Part shown: one piece after another, positions 42,115 to 51,333 of the stretch
Layout: the number at the start of each line of letters is the position of its first letter
Position numbering within the stretch: position 1 is the first letter of the stretch
Source of the DNA: Phycisphaerae bacterium
Lineage (GTDB): Bacteria > Planctomycetota > Phycisphaerae > UBA1845
Direction of reading: 5' to 3'
NCBI GenBank assembly: GCA_963666835.2
Contig: CAXXGO010000006.1
Span: 2,336,001-2,400,000, forward strand
DNA: 64,000 bases
Notes under the pieces: generated by a model
Told to the model about the DNA's origin: nothing
Databases searched by the model: none
The model's input: only the letters and a program-made list of their open reading frames with translations
Position numbers and translations under genes: made by a program

Positions 42115-42584
42115 CCTCGTTGTTCTACACATCATTCGACGCATCCACTAACGGCAGCCGTCCGTTTTTCGATCTCGATTCTCCAGCCCGAAGGGCTCAG
42201 ATGAAGTAGACGGGGGCAAGTCCGCCATCGGCGGACGCCGCCCCCGGACCCGCTCCCCACAACCGGTCTGCCCCTGAAGGGGGCAAACGGCTTCGGCGGA
42301 TGTGTTTCGCCATGAGTTCTGACTCGTTCTCAAAGGGGTCGGACAGCCGAGACAGACGCGCGGTTCATCGACACCGTCTCTTTCACCCTGTCAGGGTGAT
42401 TGGGATTGTTGGGATCTCACCCGGGGGCGGCGGCCGCTGCGCGGCCTTGCCCCCGTCTACTATCTTGCGGGCTTTCAGCCTGAACACCGAGCCGGCTTGC
42501 GGCTTGTCAGGTTGAGGAATACGTCGCCGCGGAGTCGGACGGATACGCTTCACTCGTCCGGCAAAGATGTGCAGAACAACGAGG
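42115..42584 (+). mobile_element. MITE-like fold-back element, copy B (complete, 470 bp, 8-bp TSD gcaagacg)
   Basis: TIRs cctcgttgttctacacatc / gatgtgcagaacaacgagg; direct repeat at 42107-42114 and 42585-42592. Confidence 0.9.
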
Positions 42585-42689
42585 GCAAGACGCCAGGGAC
42601 AAGCCCTGACGCTACATTGATTCACGGCCAGCAATCCGCGTGGATGGACGATTCGGGTGAAGGCAAGACCCGGCCGTTCGGAGATATGC

Positions 42690-44105
42690 CTACTTGCCGG
42701 TCTTTTCGGTAATCCACTCTCTTACGCGGGCGAGTGCCGAATATGCAATAGTCTCCTCTATCTGACCGTATTCCGTCGGCGCGCCGGTTTTGCAGGTTTG
42801 AAGGAAGTGGTTCAGGTTTGGCAGGACCTCGACCGAGAACGCGGGGTTGCCGGCCTGTTCGAGGGCCTTGCGGATTGCCGCGGCGTTTCCTTCAGGCGGG
42901 ACCTGGGCGTCTTTCTCGCCGAAAAGTGCCAGGACCGGGCACCGTACCATCTGCAGAGTTTGAGCAGGGTCGTGCCGTATCGAGAAGACAAACCACGGTG
43001 ACAGGAACCTGCGCACCGCCGCGTCTATCCGCGGTGTCGGCAATCCCGGGTCTGCCTCCCGCAACATCGCGCGGAGCTTCTGTTCGGTTAACGCCGGGTC
43101 CTGCTCGCGCTCGATCGTGGCGAAGATCCGTCTCTGCAGAGATCGCTTGGCCGCGATGGCTTCCTCATTCTGCCCCAAGGCTCGTCCGGTCGAGGCCTCA
43201 TATTGCAGATTGTACTCCGTGCCGGGCAGACCCGGCGAAGCCAGCATGACGATGAACGCGACATCCGACGAAGTCGCCGCGGCCAGCGACGCGATTATCC
43301 CGCCTTCGCTGTGGCCTATCAGGCCGACCTGCTCGCCTGCTATCCGCGGGTGACCTTTCAAGAACCTTACCCCGGCCAGAGCGTCCTCGGCGTAGTCTGC
43401 GCTTGTCGCCTGCGTGCGATCCCCGGTCGACCCGCCGACCCCGCGATCATCCACGCGCAACACGGCGATCCCGTGCCTGGTGAGGCAATCCGCGAGCACG
43501 TGAAACGGCTTGTGCCTCAGGATCGTGGCGTCGCGATCCTGAGCCCCACCGCCGGAGATTAGCAGGACCGCCGCAAATGTTCCCTCGCCCCGCGGAAGCG
43601 TCAGCGTTCCCGCGAAAGTCGCAGGCGCCGCCGCGTTGCTGAAGGTCACTTCGGTTGTCTCGTAAGGGTAGGGCGGCGTCGGAGTCTGGGGCCGGCGGGG
43701 TGTCGGCACTTCGGCGACCCGTTCCAAGGCGACGTCATGCGCGCGGCCTCCTTTGGCCCACCGTCCTTGCAGCACCTTCCGCTCTGCGTCGAGTTTTCCG
43801 TTGAACGATCCCTGAACGGCGGGCACCGCAAAGCGTAGCCGATTGCCGTCGAAACCCACCTCGGTAATCGGATACTCCGTCTCTGATTGGTCCGGCAGGC
43901 ACACCGTTCCCGCTATGCTCCCGTCCTCCTTGCGGGAGAGCCGGATAAGGAACTGCAGCTCGATACCGGGGAACGACAGCGTTCCGTGCCACGGGCCGGC
44001 GATGTCGTCGGTTGCCGTGCCGGTGGGCGAGGCCAAGAACATCGCGGCAATTGCGATAAGCAGAACGAGGGCGACTGCCCCGGTCAGAACGCTCCTTCGT
44101 TTCAT
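42690..44105 (-). CDS. Exported alpha/beta-fold serine hydrolase
   Basis: N-terminal TM/signal, LRVDDRGVG, GHSEGG nucleophile elbow, GEKDAQV, NLNHFLQ; GGAGG RBS. Confidence 0.9.
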   Translation of the reverse strand: MKRRSVLTGAVALVLLIAIAAMFLASPTGTATDDIAGPWHGTLSFPGIELQFLIRLSRKEDGSIAGTVCLPDQSETEYPITEVGFDGNRLRFAVPAVQGSFNGKLDAERKVLQGRWAKGGRAHDVALERVAEVPTPRRPQTPTPPYPYETTEVTFSNAAAPATFAGTLTLPRGEGTFAAVLLISGGGAQDRDATILRHKPFHVLADCLTRHGIAVLRVDDRGVGGSTGDRTQATSADYAEDALAGVRFLKGHPRIAGEQVGLIGHSEGGIIASLAAATSSDVAFIVMLASPGLPGTEYNLQYEASTGRALGQNEEAIAAKRSLQRRIFATIEREQDPALTEQKLRAMLREADPGLPTPRIDAAVRRFLSPWFVFSIRHDPAQTLQMVRCPVLALFGEKDAQVPPEGNAAAIRKALEQAGNPAFSVEVLPNLNHFLQTCKTGAPTEYGQIEETIAYSALARVREWITEKTGK

Positions 44106-44240
44106 CCAGCATAACCTCCCGCCCGCTCCGGATTGCCATGTCTTGCGGGGCAAGAGTCCGGCGGATCTTCCGTCACTCCGCCGGTGCGCGACAAAGAGTG
44201 ATTGCACCGCGGATAGTACCGCCCAACCCGGGGGGCCTTG

Positions 44241-44685
44241 CCTCGTTGTCCTGCACATAATCCGACGCACCCAACAACTGCAGCCGTCCGACTTCCGATC
44301 TGGTTCTCTCAGCCCGAAGGGCTCGAATAAAGTAGCCGGGGGCAAGTCCGCCATCGGCGGATGCCGCCCCCGGACCCGCACCCCGCAACCATCTGACCCC
44401 GGTAGGTCAAACAGCCCCGCCTAATGTGCCACGCGACGCCGCCATGGTGTTCGATGCATTCTGCATGAGGCCGGGTAGCCGAAGCAGTAGCGCGGTTTGT
44501 CGATGTCGGCTCTTCGACGCCTACCGGGGTCAGTTGGGTTCCTGGAACGCCACCCGGGGGCGGCGGCCGCTCCACGGCCTTGCCCCCGGCTACTATCTTA
44601 CTGCCTTTCAGGCTGGGAAAGGAGCCGCCACGCAGTCAGACGAACACGATCGGTTTGCGCGGCAAGAATGTGTAGAACAACGAGG
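44241..44685 (+). mobile_element. MITE-like fold-back element, copy C (complete, 445 bp, degenerate TSD)
   Basis: TIRs cctcgttgtcctgcacat / atgtgtagaacaacgagg; flanks gggccttg / ggtccttc (6 of 8 identical). Confidence 0.88.
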
Positions 44686-44902
44686 GGTCCTTCCGAGGAG
44701 GCCGTCGCGTTTCTGCGTCCCGCCATGACGAAGGCCAAGCCGGCTTCAGCCCGCCATGCCTCCGCGCCGATGTGAAATGAGGCGAAAGATAGAGTGAAGC
44801 GCCGCAAAACGGCGAAAATGTGATAAGATGAGACTGTCGCGGCGGTTTTTGGGGCCGCGATGGTTGGTAGGGGTCCTGCGGTGCTGAGGAGTGAATAAGC
44901 CG

Positions 44903-45115
44903 ATGTCCAGAGGAAGTGATCCGGGAAAAGACCGCTTCGACCGTAAGCGAGAGGCGGATAAGATGCACAAGAGCCAACTGCCGGGGGCCGACGACGAGCC
45001 GCTGCCTCCGCCGGTTGAGACGATCCACTCCGACGCGAAGCCGAAGCGAAACGAGCCGTGCCCGTGCGGCAGCGGTAAGAAATTCAAGCAGTGCTGCGGA
45101 AAGCCGAGTAGCTGA
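44903..45115 (+). CDS. Small SEC-C motif protein
   Basis: [17 protein letters not shown]; start at 44891 or 44903. Confidence 0.85.
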   Translation: MSRGSDPGKDRFDRKREADKMHKSQLPGADDEPLPPPVETIHSDAKPKRNEPCPCGSGKKFKQCCGKPSS

Positions 45116-45163
45116 TCCGCAGCCGCGCGTGTACTTGCTTTGGCTCTTCGAGGGGAAGAAGCA

Positions 45164-45934
45164 ATGTGTCGGGCGATTCTCTTTCTGTGCGCTGCGATAG
45201 CAGCTTCAAGCGGGGCAACGTCCGCGCGAGCCGCCCCGGTTGCTCCGTTCTCCATCCCCATCGATGAGGCCACCTCGTCCGTTACGGTTGAGGTGTGCAT
45301 CCCCGGCGGCTGCGACTCCGACGTCTCCAGCGTCAGCGGCTTCACCACGGTTGCGTTGGATGACGGAGTGGCGGCCGCTCTGATGGAGTTGCACGACTTC
45401 GACTACGCCCTGACGGACACGGTCAACATCAACATAAGCGTCTTTCTCGGCGGCTTGACCGCGGCGGGGGAGGACCTTCGCCTGTTCTTTGCTACTCCCG
45501 GCGAGCCGGTCGGACCGGCGGACATTGTGGCCACGGACTTCGAGTTCCTCGGAGTTCCAACGAACTCGGAAGGCTCCGTGGCCTACAACGCGAGCGGCTC
45601 GGTCTGTTTGGCTCTGCAGGCGGCGAGCCAGCCTTGTTCCGACACTCGCGACCTGAGCGAACAGGAAACCGGCTCCGGCGACATCAGCGGCACTCTGGTG
45701 ATTGCCGGCGGTGTCGCCACCTTGACGGTCACCCCCGACATCGAAGTCCCCTTAGACCCCGACACCCCGGACCTTGGCACCCTGCACGTCACCGGCACCA
45801 TAACCGGCAGCGCCCCAATCCCCCAACCCGTCCCGACAACCTCCCAATGGGGCCTGACCATTCTCGCTCTGACGATTCTGGCTGCGGGGACGGCGCTTAT
45901 TCGAAAAGGGCGAGATCGCGAAGCTCGGTTCTGA
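45164..45934 (+). CDS. Secreted protein with IPTL-CTERM sorting signal
   Basis: Signal peptide; C-terminal VPTTSQWG followed by a TM helix and basic tail RKGR. Confidence 0.85.
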   Translation: MCRAILFLCAAIAASSGATSARAAPVAPFSIPIDEATSSVTVEVCIPGGCDSDVSSVSGFTTVALDDGVAAALMELHDFDYALTDTVNINISVFLGGLTAAGEDLRLFFATPGEPVGPADIVATDFEFLGVPTNSEGSVAYNASGSVCLALQAASQPCSDTRDLSEQETGSGDISGTLVIAGGVATLTVTPDIEVPLDPDTPDLGTLHVTGTITGSAPIPQPVPTTSQWGLTILALTILAAGTALIRKGRDREARF

Positions 45935-46009
45935 CCTGGTTGGTTCGGGGCGAGGTAGCCGACGGGATCATGTCTGCCAAGTTCGTACAGTGTTTGGGAA
46001 GACAGTACG

Positions 46010-47131
46010 TCACCCCGCCACGGCGGAGTCGGTGATGTTCTGGTTGGCGGGGGCGCCGGTGAGGATGTTCTGGTAGAGCTGGGTGTGTTGTTCGGTGTAG
46101 CGTTGGATGCCGAACACGTTGAAGGCTTGGGCGCGGGCGGTTTCGGTCAGGTTGCGGTACGTATCGCGCTGAAGCAGCATGCGGGCGACCGGCAGAGCCG
46201 GGGTCTCGTGCGGCTTGCGTTTGAAGAGCAGGCCGTTGAGGCGGTTCGTGAGCAGCTCGGCGTTGGCGTAGGTGGCGGTGGCGATGACGGCGGCTCCGGC
46301 GGCCATGGCCCAGGCGATGCCGGTTGTGGAGGCGTCGCTATTGGGGAGGCTCACAAAGGCGTCGGCGACGGCCACGAGCTGCTCAAACCGATAGCGGTCG
46401 CCGGGGGCGACTGCCACCCGCGTACCCAACCCGGCCGCGTCGAGCCGGAGGATGCGTTGCTGTTCCCGTCCTTCCCCGGGAACGATCAGCCGGACCGGGC
46501 CCTGCAGGTGGTTGGCCAGCTCTACCGCCCAGTAGGCCTCGAGGGGCTCGCCGGCCGCGGTAACGGGCTCCGGAATGATCACGGCGTAGTCGTCGCGGTT
46601 TAGGCCGAGCTCATCGCGCAGGGTGCCTTGGCGAATCCGGCTGATGGTCGCGAAGTCGACCCCGGGCCGGATCACTGCGCAGACTTCCGGGGCGATACCG
46701 CCTTCGATCAGATGGCGGCGGACCGTTTGGGAGCTGCAGGATACCGCGAAGCCGGTCGGTCGCGCGAGCGAGCGGACCAGCTTGATCTGGTCCGGGCTCA
46801 ATTGCGGGTCGAATAACTCGATTATCAACCCGGTAGCGGCGGCGGACCGGGCGGCCAGCGCCGCGGAAAGCCCCCAGGCGTGGACCAGATCGGCTTTGAA
46901 GCGGGTGAGCATCCGCTCGACCAGCGGGGCGGCGGCCGGGCCGAACCCGGCGGGGGCGTAGCATCTCGTTACCGGTTGGCCCAGAGCCTGCAGGTGCGGA
47001 GTGGTGGGCGGCGCGATCGTGGCCACGCGGCAAGGGTGACCTTTGGGGGGCAGCTTGCTTAGCAACTGCCCGGCGCCGACGCGCTGCTCCCAGCCGAACG
47101 AGTCGTCGAATAGATGGCAGATGCGCGGCAC
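46010..47131 (-). CDS. Glycosyltransferase, family 4-like (GT-B), divergent
   Basis: DLVHAW, VIRPGVD, AMAAGAAVIAT, NGLLF; GTG start overlapping the upstream stop. Confidence 0.8.
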   Translation of the reverse strand: MPRICHLFDDSFGWEQRVGAGQLLSKLPPKGHPCRVATIAPPTTPHLQALGQPVTRCYAPAGFGPAAAPLVERMLTRFKADLVHAWGLSAALAARSAAATGLIIELFDPQLSPDQIKLVRSLARPTGFAVSCSSQTVRRHLIEGGIAPEVCAVIRPGVDFATISRIRQGTLRDELGLNRDDYAVIIPEPVTAAGEPLEAYWAVELANHLQGPVRLIVPGEGREQQRILRLDAAGLGTRVAVAPGDRYRFEQLVAVADAFVSLPNSDASTTGIAWAMAAGAAVIATATYANAELLTNRLNGLLFKRKPHETPALPVARMLLQRDTYRNLTETARAQAFNVFGIQRYTEQHTQLYQNILTGAPANQNITDSAVAG

Positions 47132-47907
47132 TACTCTTTCTCGAAATCGCCGAGCCGGCGTTTGTAGAAAGGCTTGGCGATTTCCACGGCCAGTTCCTCG
47201 GCGAGTTGCTTGGAGATGGCGTCTTTGGTCTTGGCGAGGGCCACTTCGCTGCCGGTCATGCTGACGGTGACCGCCTGTCCGGACGGGCTGGTGGGCCAGA
47301 CCCGCACGCGCGAACGCCGCTCCTTCTCGAGGACGTTGATGATCTTGACGGTGACGGAGTAGTACGCGGCGTCGAGGGTATTGTCGAATTGCGGGTTCGC
47401 TGCGAAGTCCTGGACCTCGATCCACATGACTTGCTCGGCCCCGGCGAGTTCGCCGATTTCGCGGACCCCGCGCTTTTCGAAGTTCGCCTCCGTTTGCCGG
47501 ATTTGCTGCAAGCGCTGGCGGGGGATGATCTTCTTGGCGGCGCCTTTCTTGATCAGCTCTTGGCCGAGCTCGTCGACCAGGTAATGCCTCGCCGGGGGCC
47601 AATCCACGCGGGCGGCGTAGTCGTCCACCAGGATTAGAATCGGCTCCTCGGTCAGCGTGAACTCGGCTTCGACCAGCTTGCCCCGCCCGAACCCGAGCAT
47701 GTAGGCCAGCTCACCCTGGGCGTACCCGCACCCGCCCCCCAGTAGCAGGACCGATGCGGCTGCGGTTAGCAGGCGAAGCAGTGGGGCAGGCTGGAAGCCT
47801 GCGTTACGATCGGCGGGCTGGGGGCGTGCTTCGCGCACGCTGGCAGGCTGGAAGCCTGCGTTACGATCGGCGGGCTGGAAGCCTGCGTTGTGGGGGGCAG
47901 AGTCCAT
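47131..47907 (-). CDS. Hypothetical lipoprotein with REP-derived N-terminal repeats
   Basis: LLLGGGC lipobox; resembles the upstream lipoprotein. Confidence 0.75.
   Translation of the reverse strand: MDSAPHNAGFQPADRNAGFQPASVREARPQPADRNAGFQPAPLLRLLTAAASVLLLGGGCGYAQGELAYMLGFGRGKLVEAEFTLTEEPILILVDDYAARVDWPPARHYLVDELGQELIKKGAAKKIIPRQRLQQIRQTEANFEKRGVREIGELAGAEQVMWIEVQDFAANPQFDNTLDAAYYSVTVKIINVLEKERRSRVRVWPTSPSGQAVTVSMTGSEVALAKTKDAISKQLAEELAVEIAKPFYKRRLGDFEKE
47786..47891 (-). repeat. Three GTAR REP copies (one degenerate) inside a lipoprotein 5' end
   Basis: gcaggctggaagcctgcgttac at 47786 and 47843; variant at 47870. Confidence 0.88.
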
Positions 47908-47926
47908 GCTTGTACGGCTCGCGGGA

Positions 47927-48565
47927 TTAGAGATCGACGGTGTGTTCATAGAACTTCCTGGCGACTTGCTCGGCGAACATGCGGTAGATCGTCTCCCGGA
48001 CGAGCGGAGCGTTCTTGGCGCTGAACAGAATCGGAGCACCCTCGGGATATTCACAGTCGATCGGAGCCAGCTCGAACCGGCGGTCCATGTCGGGATCGGC
48101 GCGCATGTCGTGCACGGACACCGACGCGTTGATCTTGGCGCGGAGGAACTGGGGCTCCTGATAGTCGCGGATCTGGAAGTCCAGAACTTCCAGGAATACG
48201 ACATAATCAGCGTCGAAGTGCTTGCCCACCGCTCTCGGATCGATTTGTGCGTCGAGATCCTTCTGGATGTAGTCCTCGACGTCGCGGGAGTCGGCTAAAT
48301 CGACACTCAACTGACGCTGGGCCATCTCCTGGGCCAGCTTGTCGCCGACGTAAGCCCCCAGCTCGAACCGGGCGTGCGGGTAGTCGAACAGAGTAGCGGT
48401 TTCGGTCCACACTAGAATCGCCACCTTGCTATTGGGCAGCTTGTCAAACTCCGGGGCGATCTTCCTCTTGTGTTCCCCGACGAAAACCAGGGGGGTCAGC
48501 AGATTGCACGCTCCCAGAAGCGGTAGCAGGGTCAACGCCGTCCATCGAAGCCGTCTTGCATGCAT
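47927..48565 (-). CDS. Hypothetical lipoprotein
   Basis: RRLRW...LLPLLGAC lipobox; paralog-like to the downstream gene. Confidence 0.8.
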   Translation of the reverse strand: MHARRLRWTALTLLPLLGACNLLTPLVFVGEHKRKIAPEFDKLPNSKVAILVWTETATLFDYPHARFELGAYVGDKLAQEMAQRQLSVDLADSRDVEDYIQKDLDAQIDPRAVGKHFDADYVVFLEVLDFQIRDYQEPQFLRAKINASVSVHDMRADPDMDRRFELAPIDCEYPEGAPILFSAKNAPLVRETIYRMFAEQVARKFYEHTVDL

Positions 48566-48614
48566 CGGGATCGTCTCCAGATTCCGTCGGTTTACTCGCC
48601 GCCTGTGACGTAAA

Positions 48615-49220
48615 TCACCGTCCGATCGGCAGCGTGCCCGACAAGATACCCGCCAACACCTTGTAGACCCAGCCCCCCAGCAGGATCAACACCGCTATCA
48701 CGGCCAGTTTGGCCGGGGAGGTCCGATGCCAGTTTACCATCCAGACCTTTCCCGTCACGACCACCGATAGCGAGACGGGGACGGTGGCAATGACCGCCAG
48801 GGCGAAGATCAGCCCCGCGGGCTGGGCTTTGAAGGCGTCGATGAACTGCCCGCGGACCACGTGCGCGAATGCCGTCGTCATCCCGCAGGTAGGGCACGGA
48901 TACCCCAGCATTACGACCATGGTACAGTGCGGAAGCCCCATTTGCCGGTGCGTTCCGAGTCCGGACGGATCCGGGTGGAGCCATGCTGCCGTAACCACAA
49001 GAGCGACACAGCCGGCGGCAACGGCCAGAGCCACGAAACGGGCAACAAGAGGTCTCTGCGCGGTTACGCGGTAAACGAGGGCTCCTCGTGGATGGGTGGC
49101 GAGGCCAGGCTTGGGAGACCGTCTGGCGATTCGCGCAATATCTGCGCTATCGGGACGGCTACTCTTGGTGTCATCTCTATGCACTATAGTGAGGGTAGAT
49201 GGCGCCCGTGGGGTGGTCAA
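48615..49220 (-). CDS. DUF2752-family membrane protein (true start probably downstream)
   Basis: GTHRQMGLPHC, YPCPTCGMTTAF. Confidence 0.8.
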   Translation of the reverse strand: MTTPRAPSTLTIVHRDDTKSSRPDSADIARIARRSPKPGLATHPRGALVYRVTAQRPLVARFVALAVAAGCVALVVTAAWLHPDPSGLGTHRQMGLPHCTMVVMLGYPCPTCGMTTAFAHVVRGQFIDAFKAQPAGLIFALAVIATVPVSLSVVVTGKVWMVNWHRTSPAKLAVIAVLILLGGWVYKVLAGILSGTLPIGR

Positions 49221-49443
49221 GCGGAATGTGCCGGGGTGCGGCCGGCAGTCCGCGGCGGATTCCCGTGTGTGGGGCGGCTCACCGGGAGGGCGCAGGTGAA
49301 TTCTTACAAGATTCGATGCCTGGCTGGCGATTGTTGGAGTAGTCTGGCACTATCGACGGTGATCGAGGTGTCGATATTGACGCTATGCCGCGGTCTCCCG
49401 CAGGTGGCGGCGGATGGCGTGGTGTCGTTTTGGAGACGAACTG

Positions 49444-50979
49444 ATGGTGGTGAAGCGTCCCGATCTGATGTGCTCTACGGCATTGTTGCTCGTGCTTTCT
49501 GCGGGCGGGGCTTGGGCCGGCGATCCGCTGGATCCGGCGCAGGGGCGGTTCAGCGATGAGTGGGCAGAAGTCTACATGAGCGGTGCGAAGGTGGGGTATT
49601 CGCACGCGACGATGGCCCGCGAGGCAGATCACATTCATACCGAGGTATCGGTGATGATGGAGCTGGCACGCGGTGCTCAGAGCATCAAGCTCCAGACGTT
49701 CGAAAGCACCACAGAGGAGATCGGCGGGGCTCCGCTGAGTTTCGAGTCGCTCCTCGACATGTCCGTGATGCAGGCCGCCACCCGAGGCAAAATAGGTGAC
49801 GGCAAAGTCACGATCGTGCAGTCGCAGTTCGGGATGGACCAGACTCAGGTCTTTCCGTTCCCCGAGGGGGCGCTTATGACCTGGGGAGCCTATCGCGAGA
49901 ACCTGATCCGCGGATTCGAGTCCGGGACCGAGTATACGACGAAGGTGTACGCTCCTCAGCTTAGGCTGGATGACGCGGTCACTGCGAGGACCGTCATCGG
50001 AGACGTTGAGACTTACGAGCATCGTGGGAAGAAGCTCAGCGGTCGAAGAGCCACCGTGACCATGAAGACGCCGGCGACGGAGATCGAGATGGTCTCCTGG
50101 CTCGATGAAGACGGCCGGCCGCTGAAGGCCGTCGTTCCGGCTCCCGGAATCGGAGATCTGGAGATCGTGGCGACGGATCAGGCCAAGGCGTTGGCGGATT
50201 TCATCCCGCCGGAGTTCTTCGTAACGACTTTCGTTCAGGCGAACCGCGGATTCGACCCGAAGACTGCCCGGCGGGTGAAGTACCGGATCAAGGCGACGAG
50301 TGACGCGATCAGTTTGGGCGAACTGCCCACATTGGACACGCAGAAGGTCTCCACTGACGGGGCGAGGGCCATCGAGGTCGTGGTCGCCCGGCAGCCGCAC
50401 GTAGCGGATGGCAAGGTGGCAGCAAAGGACGATCCCGCATTTCGGAAGGAGTACCTCGGTTCCAACCTGATGATCAACATCGAGGATGAAGAGTTGATCA
50501 AGCTGGCCCGCCGTGCCGGTGGAGGGGAGTCGGAGCCGTTCGCCTTGGCCGACAAGCTGCGGCGTTTCGTTACGGACTACGTGACCGATAAGAATCTGAC
50601 TGTGGCCTTCGCTACCGCGAGCGAGGTCTGCCGCACCCGGGAGGGCGATTGCAGCGAGCACGGGGTGCTGCTAGCGGCCTTGGGCCGTCTAAACGGCTTG
50701 CCGTCGCGCGTGGTTGTCGGTCTGGCGTATTTGCCGGAATTCGGCTATCAACGGGACATTCTCGGTTATCACATGTGGACGCAGTTCTACATCGATGGGC
50801 GTTGGATCGACTTCGATGCGGCCCTCCGCGAATCTGAGTGCAGCCCCACGAGGATCGCTTTCGCGGTTTCCTCGCTCAAAAACGCCGGTCTGGCGGATCT
50901 GAGCCTGCCCTTGCTCGGGAAGCTCGGAGGAATCACCGTCGACGTCGTGGAGGTTTCAAAAACCGGCGAGCCACAGTAG
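49444..50979 (+). CDS. Exported transglutaminase-like domain protein
   Basis: Signal peptide; GDCSEH, YHMW, WIDFD triad. Confidence 0.9.
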   Translation: MVVKRPDLMCSTALLLVLSAGGAWAGDPLDPAQGRFSDEWAEVYMSGAKVGYSHATMAREADHIHTEVSVMMELARGAQSIKLQTFESTTEEIGGAPLSFESLLDMSVMQAATRGKIGDGKVTIVQSQFGMDQTQVFPFPEGALMTWGAYRENLIRGFESGTEYTTKVYAPQLRLDDAVTARTVIGDVETYEHRGKKLSGRRATVTMKTPATEIEMVSWLDEDGRPLKAVVPAPGIGDLEIVATDQAKALADFIPPEFFVTTFVQANRGFDPKTARRVKYRIKATSDAISLGELPTLDTQKVSTDGARAIEVVVARQPHVADGKVAAKDDPAFRKEYLGSNLMINIEDEELIKLARRAGGGESEPFALADKLRRFVTDYVTDKNLTVAFATASEVCRTREGDCSEHGVLLAALGRLNGLPSRVVVGLAYLPEFGYQRDILGYHMWTQFYIDGRWIDFDAALRESECSPTRIAFAVSSLKNAGLADLSLPLLGKLGGITVDVVEVSKTGEPQ

Positions 50980-51333
50980 TGCGCGAGGGCAGCCGCGGTA
51001 AGGCTTGGTGTGGTCCGGCAGCCGAATGCCGGATGTCCATATCGGAGGTGATCTCGGGGGACGGTTCTGCAGGCCGGCGCGGCCGTTTTTGGCAGCCCTT
51101 GGAATAGGCCCCTGCGGTCGGATCGTCGGTTCGCAGGCTTTGCATCCAACCTTGACGTGGCTACAATGCCGCCTGAGTTGCGTGGGAATCATCGTGGGGG
51201 TTCCCTGTACGGTCAGCCGGCCGACCCTTCGCCGGGGTCGGGTGCCTGCGGCTTTCGGGTGTTTCGGAGCATCGAGCCGGGCGGCGGGTTATTCAATGTT
51301 TGGGGGGGTGGATAACCAGCCTCGGAGTTAAAC

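Noticed and set aside
44106..44381. N-terminal extension of the hydrolase ORF and the MADLPP-type ORFs in MITE copies
   Set aside because: Chance read-through of repeat DNA; the RBS and signal peptide place the start at 44105 and no transposase motifs are present
42115..44685. Composite transposon of MITE copies B and C carrying the hydrolase gene
   Set aside because: Each copy has its own flanking duplication, the outer flanks (gcaagacg vs ggtccttc) do not match, and the copies are diverged, so they look like independent insertions
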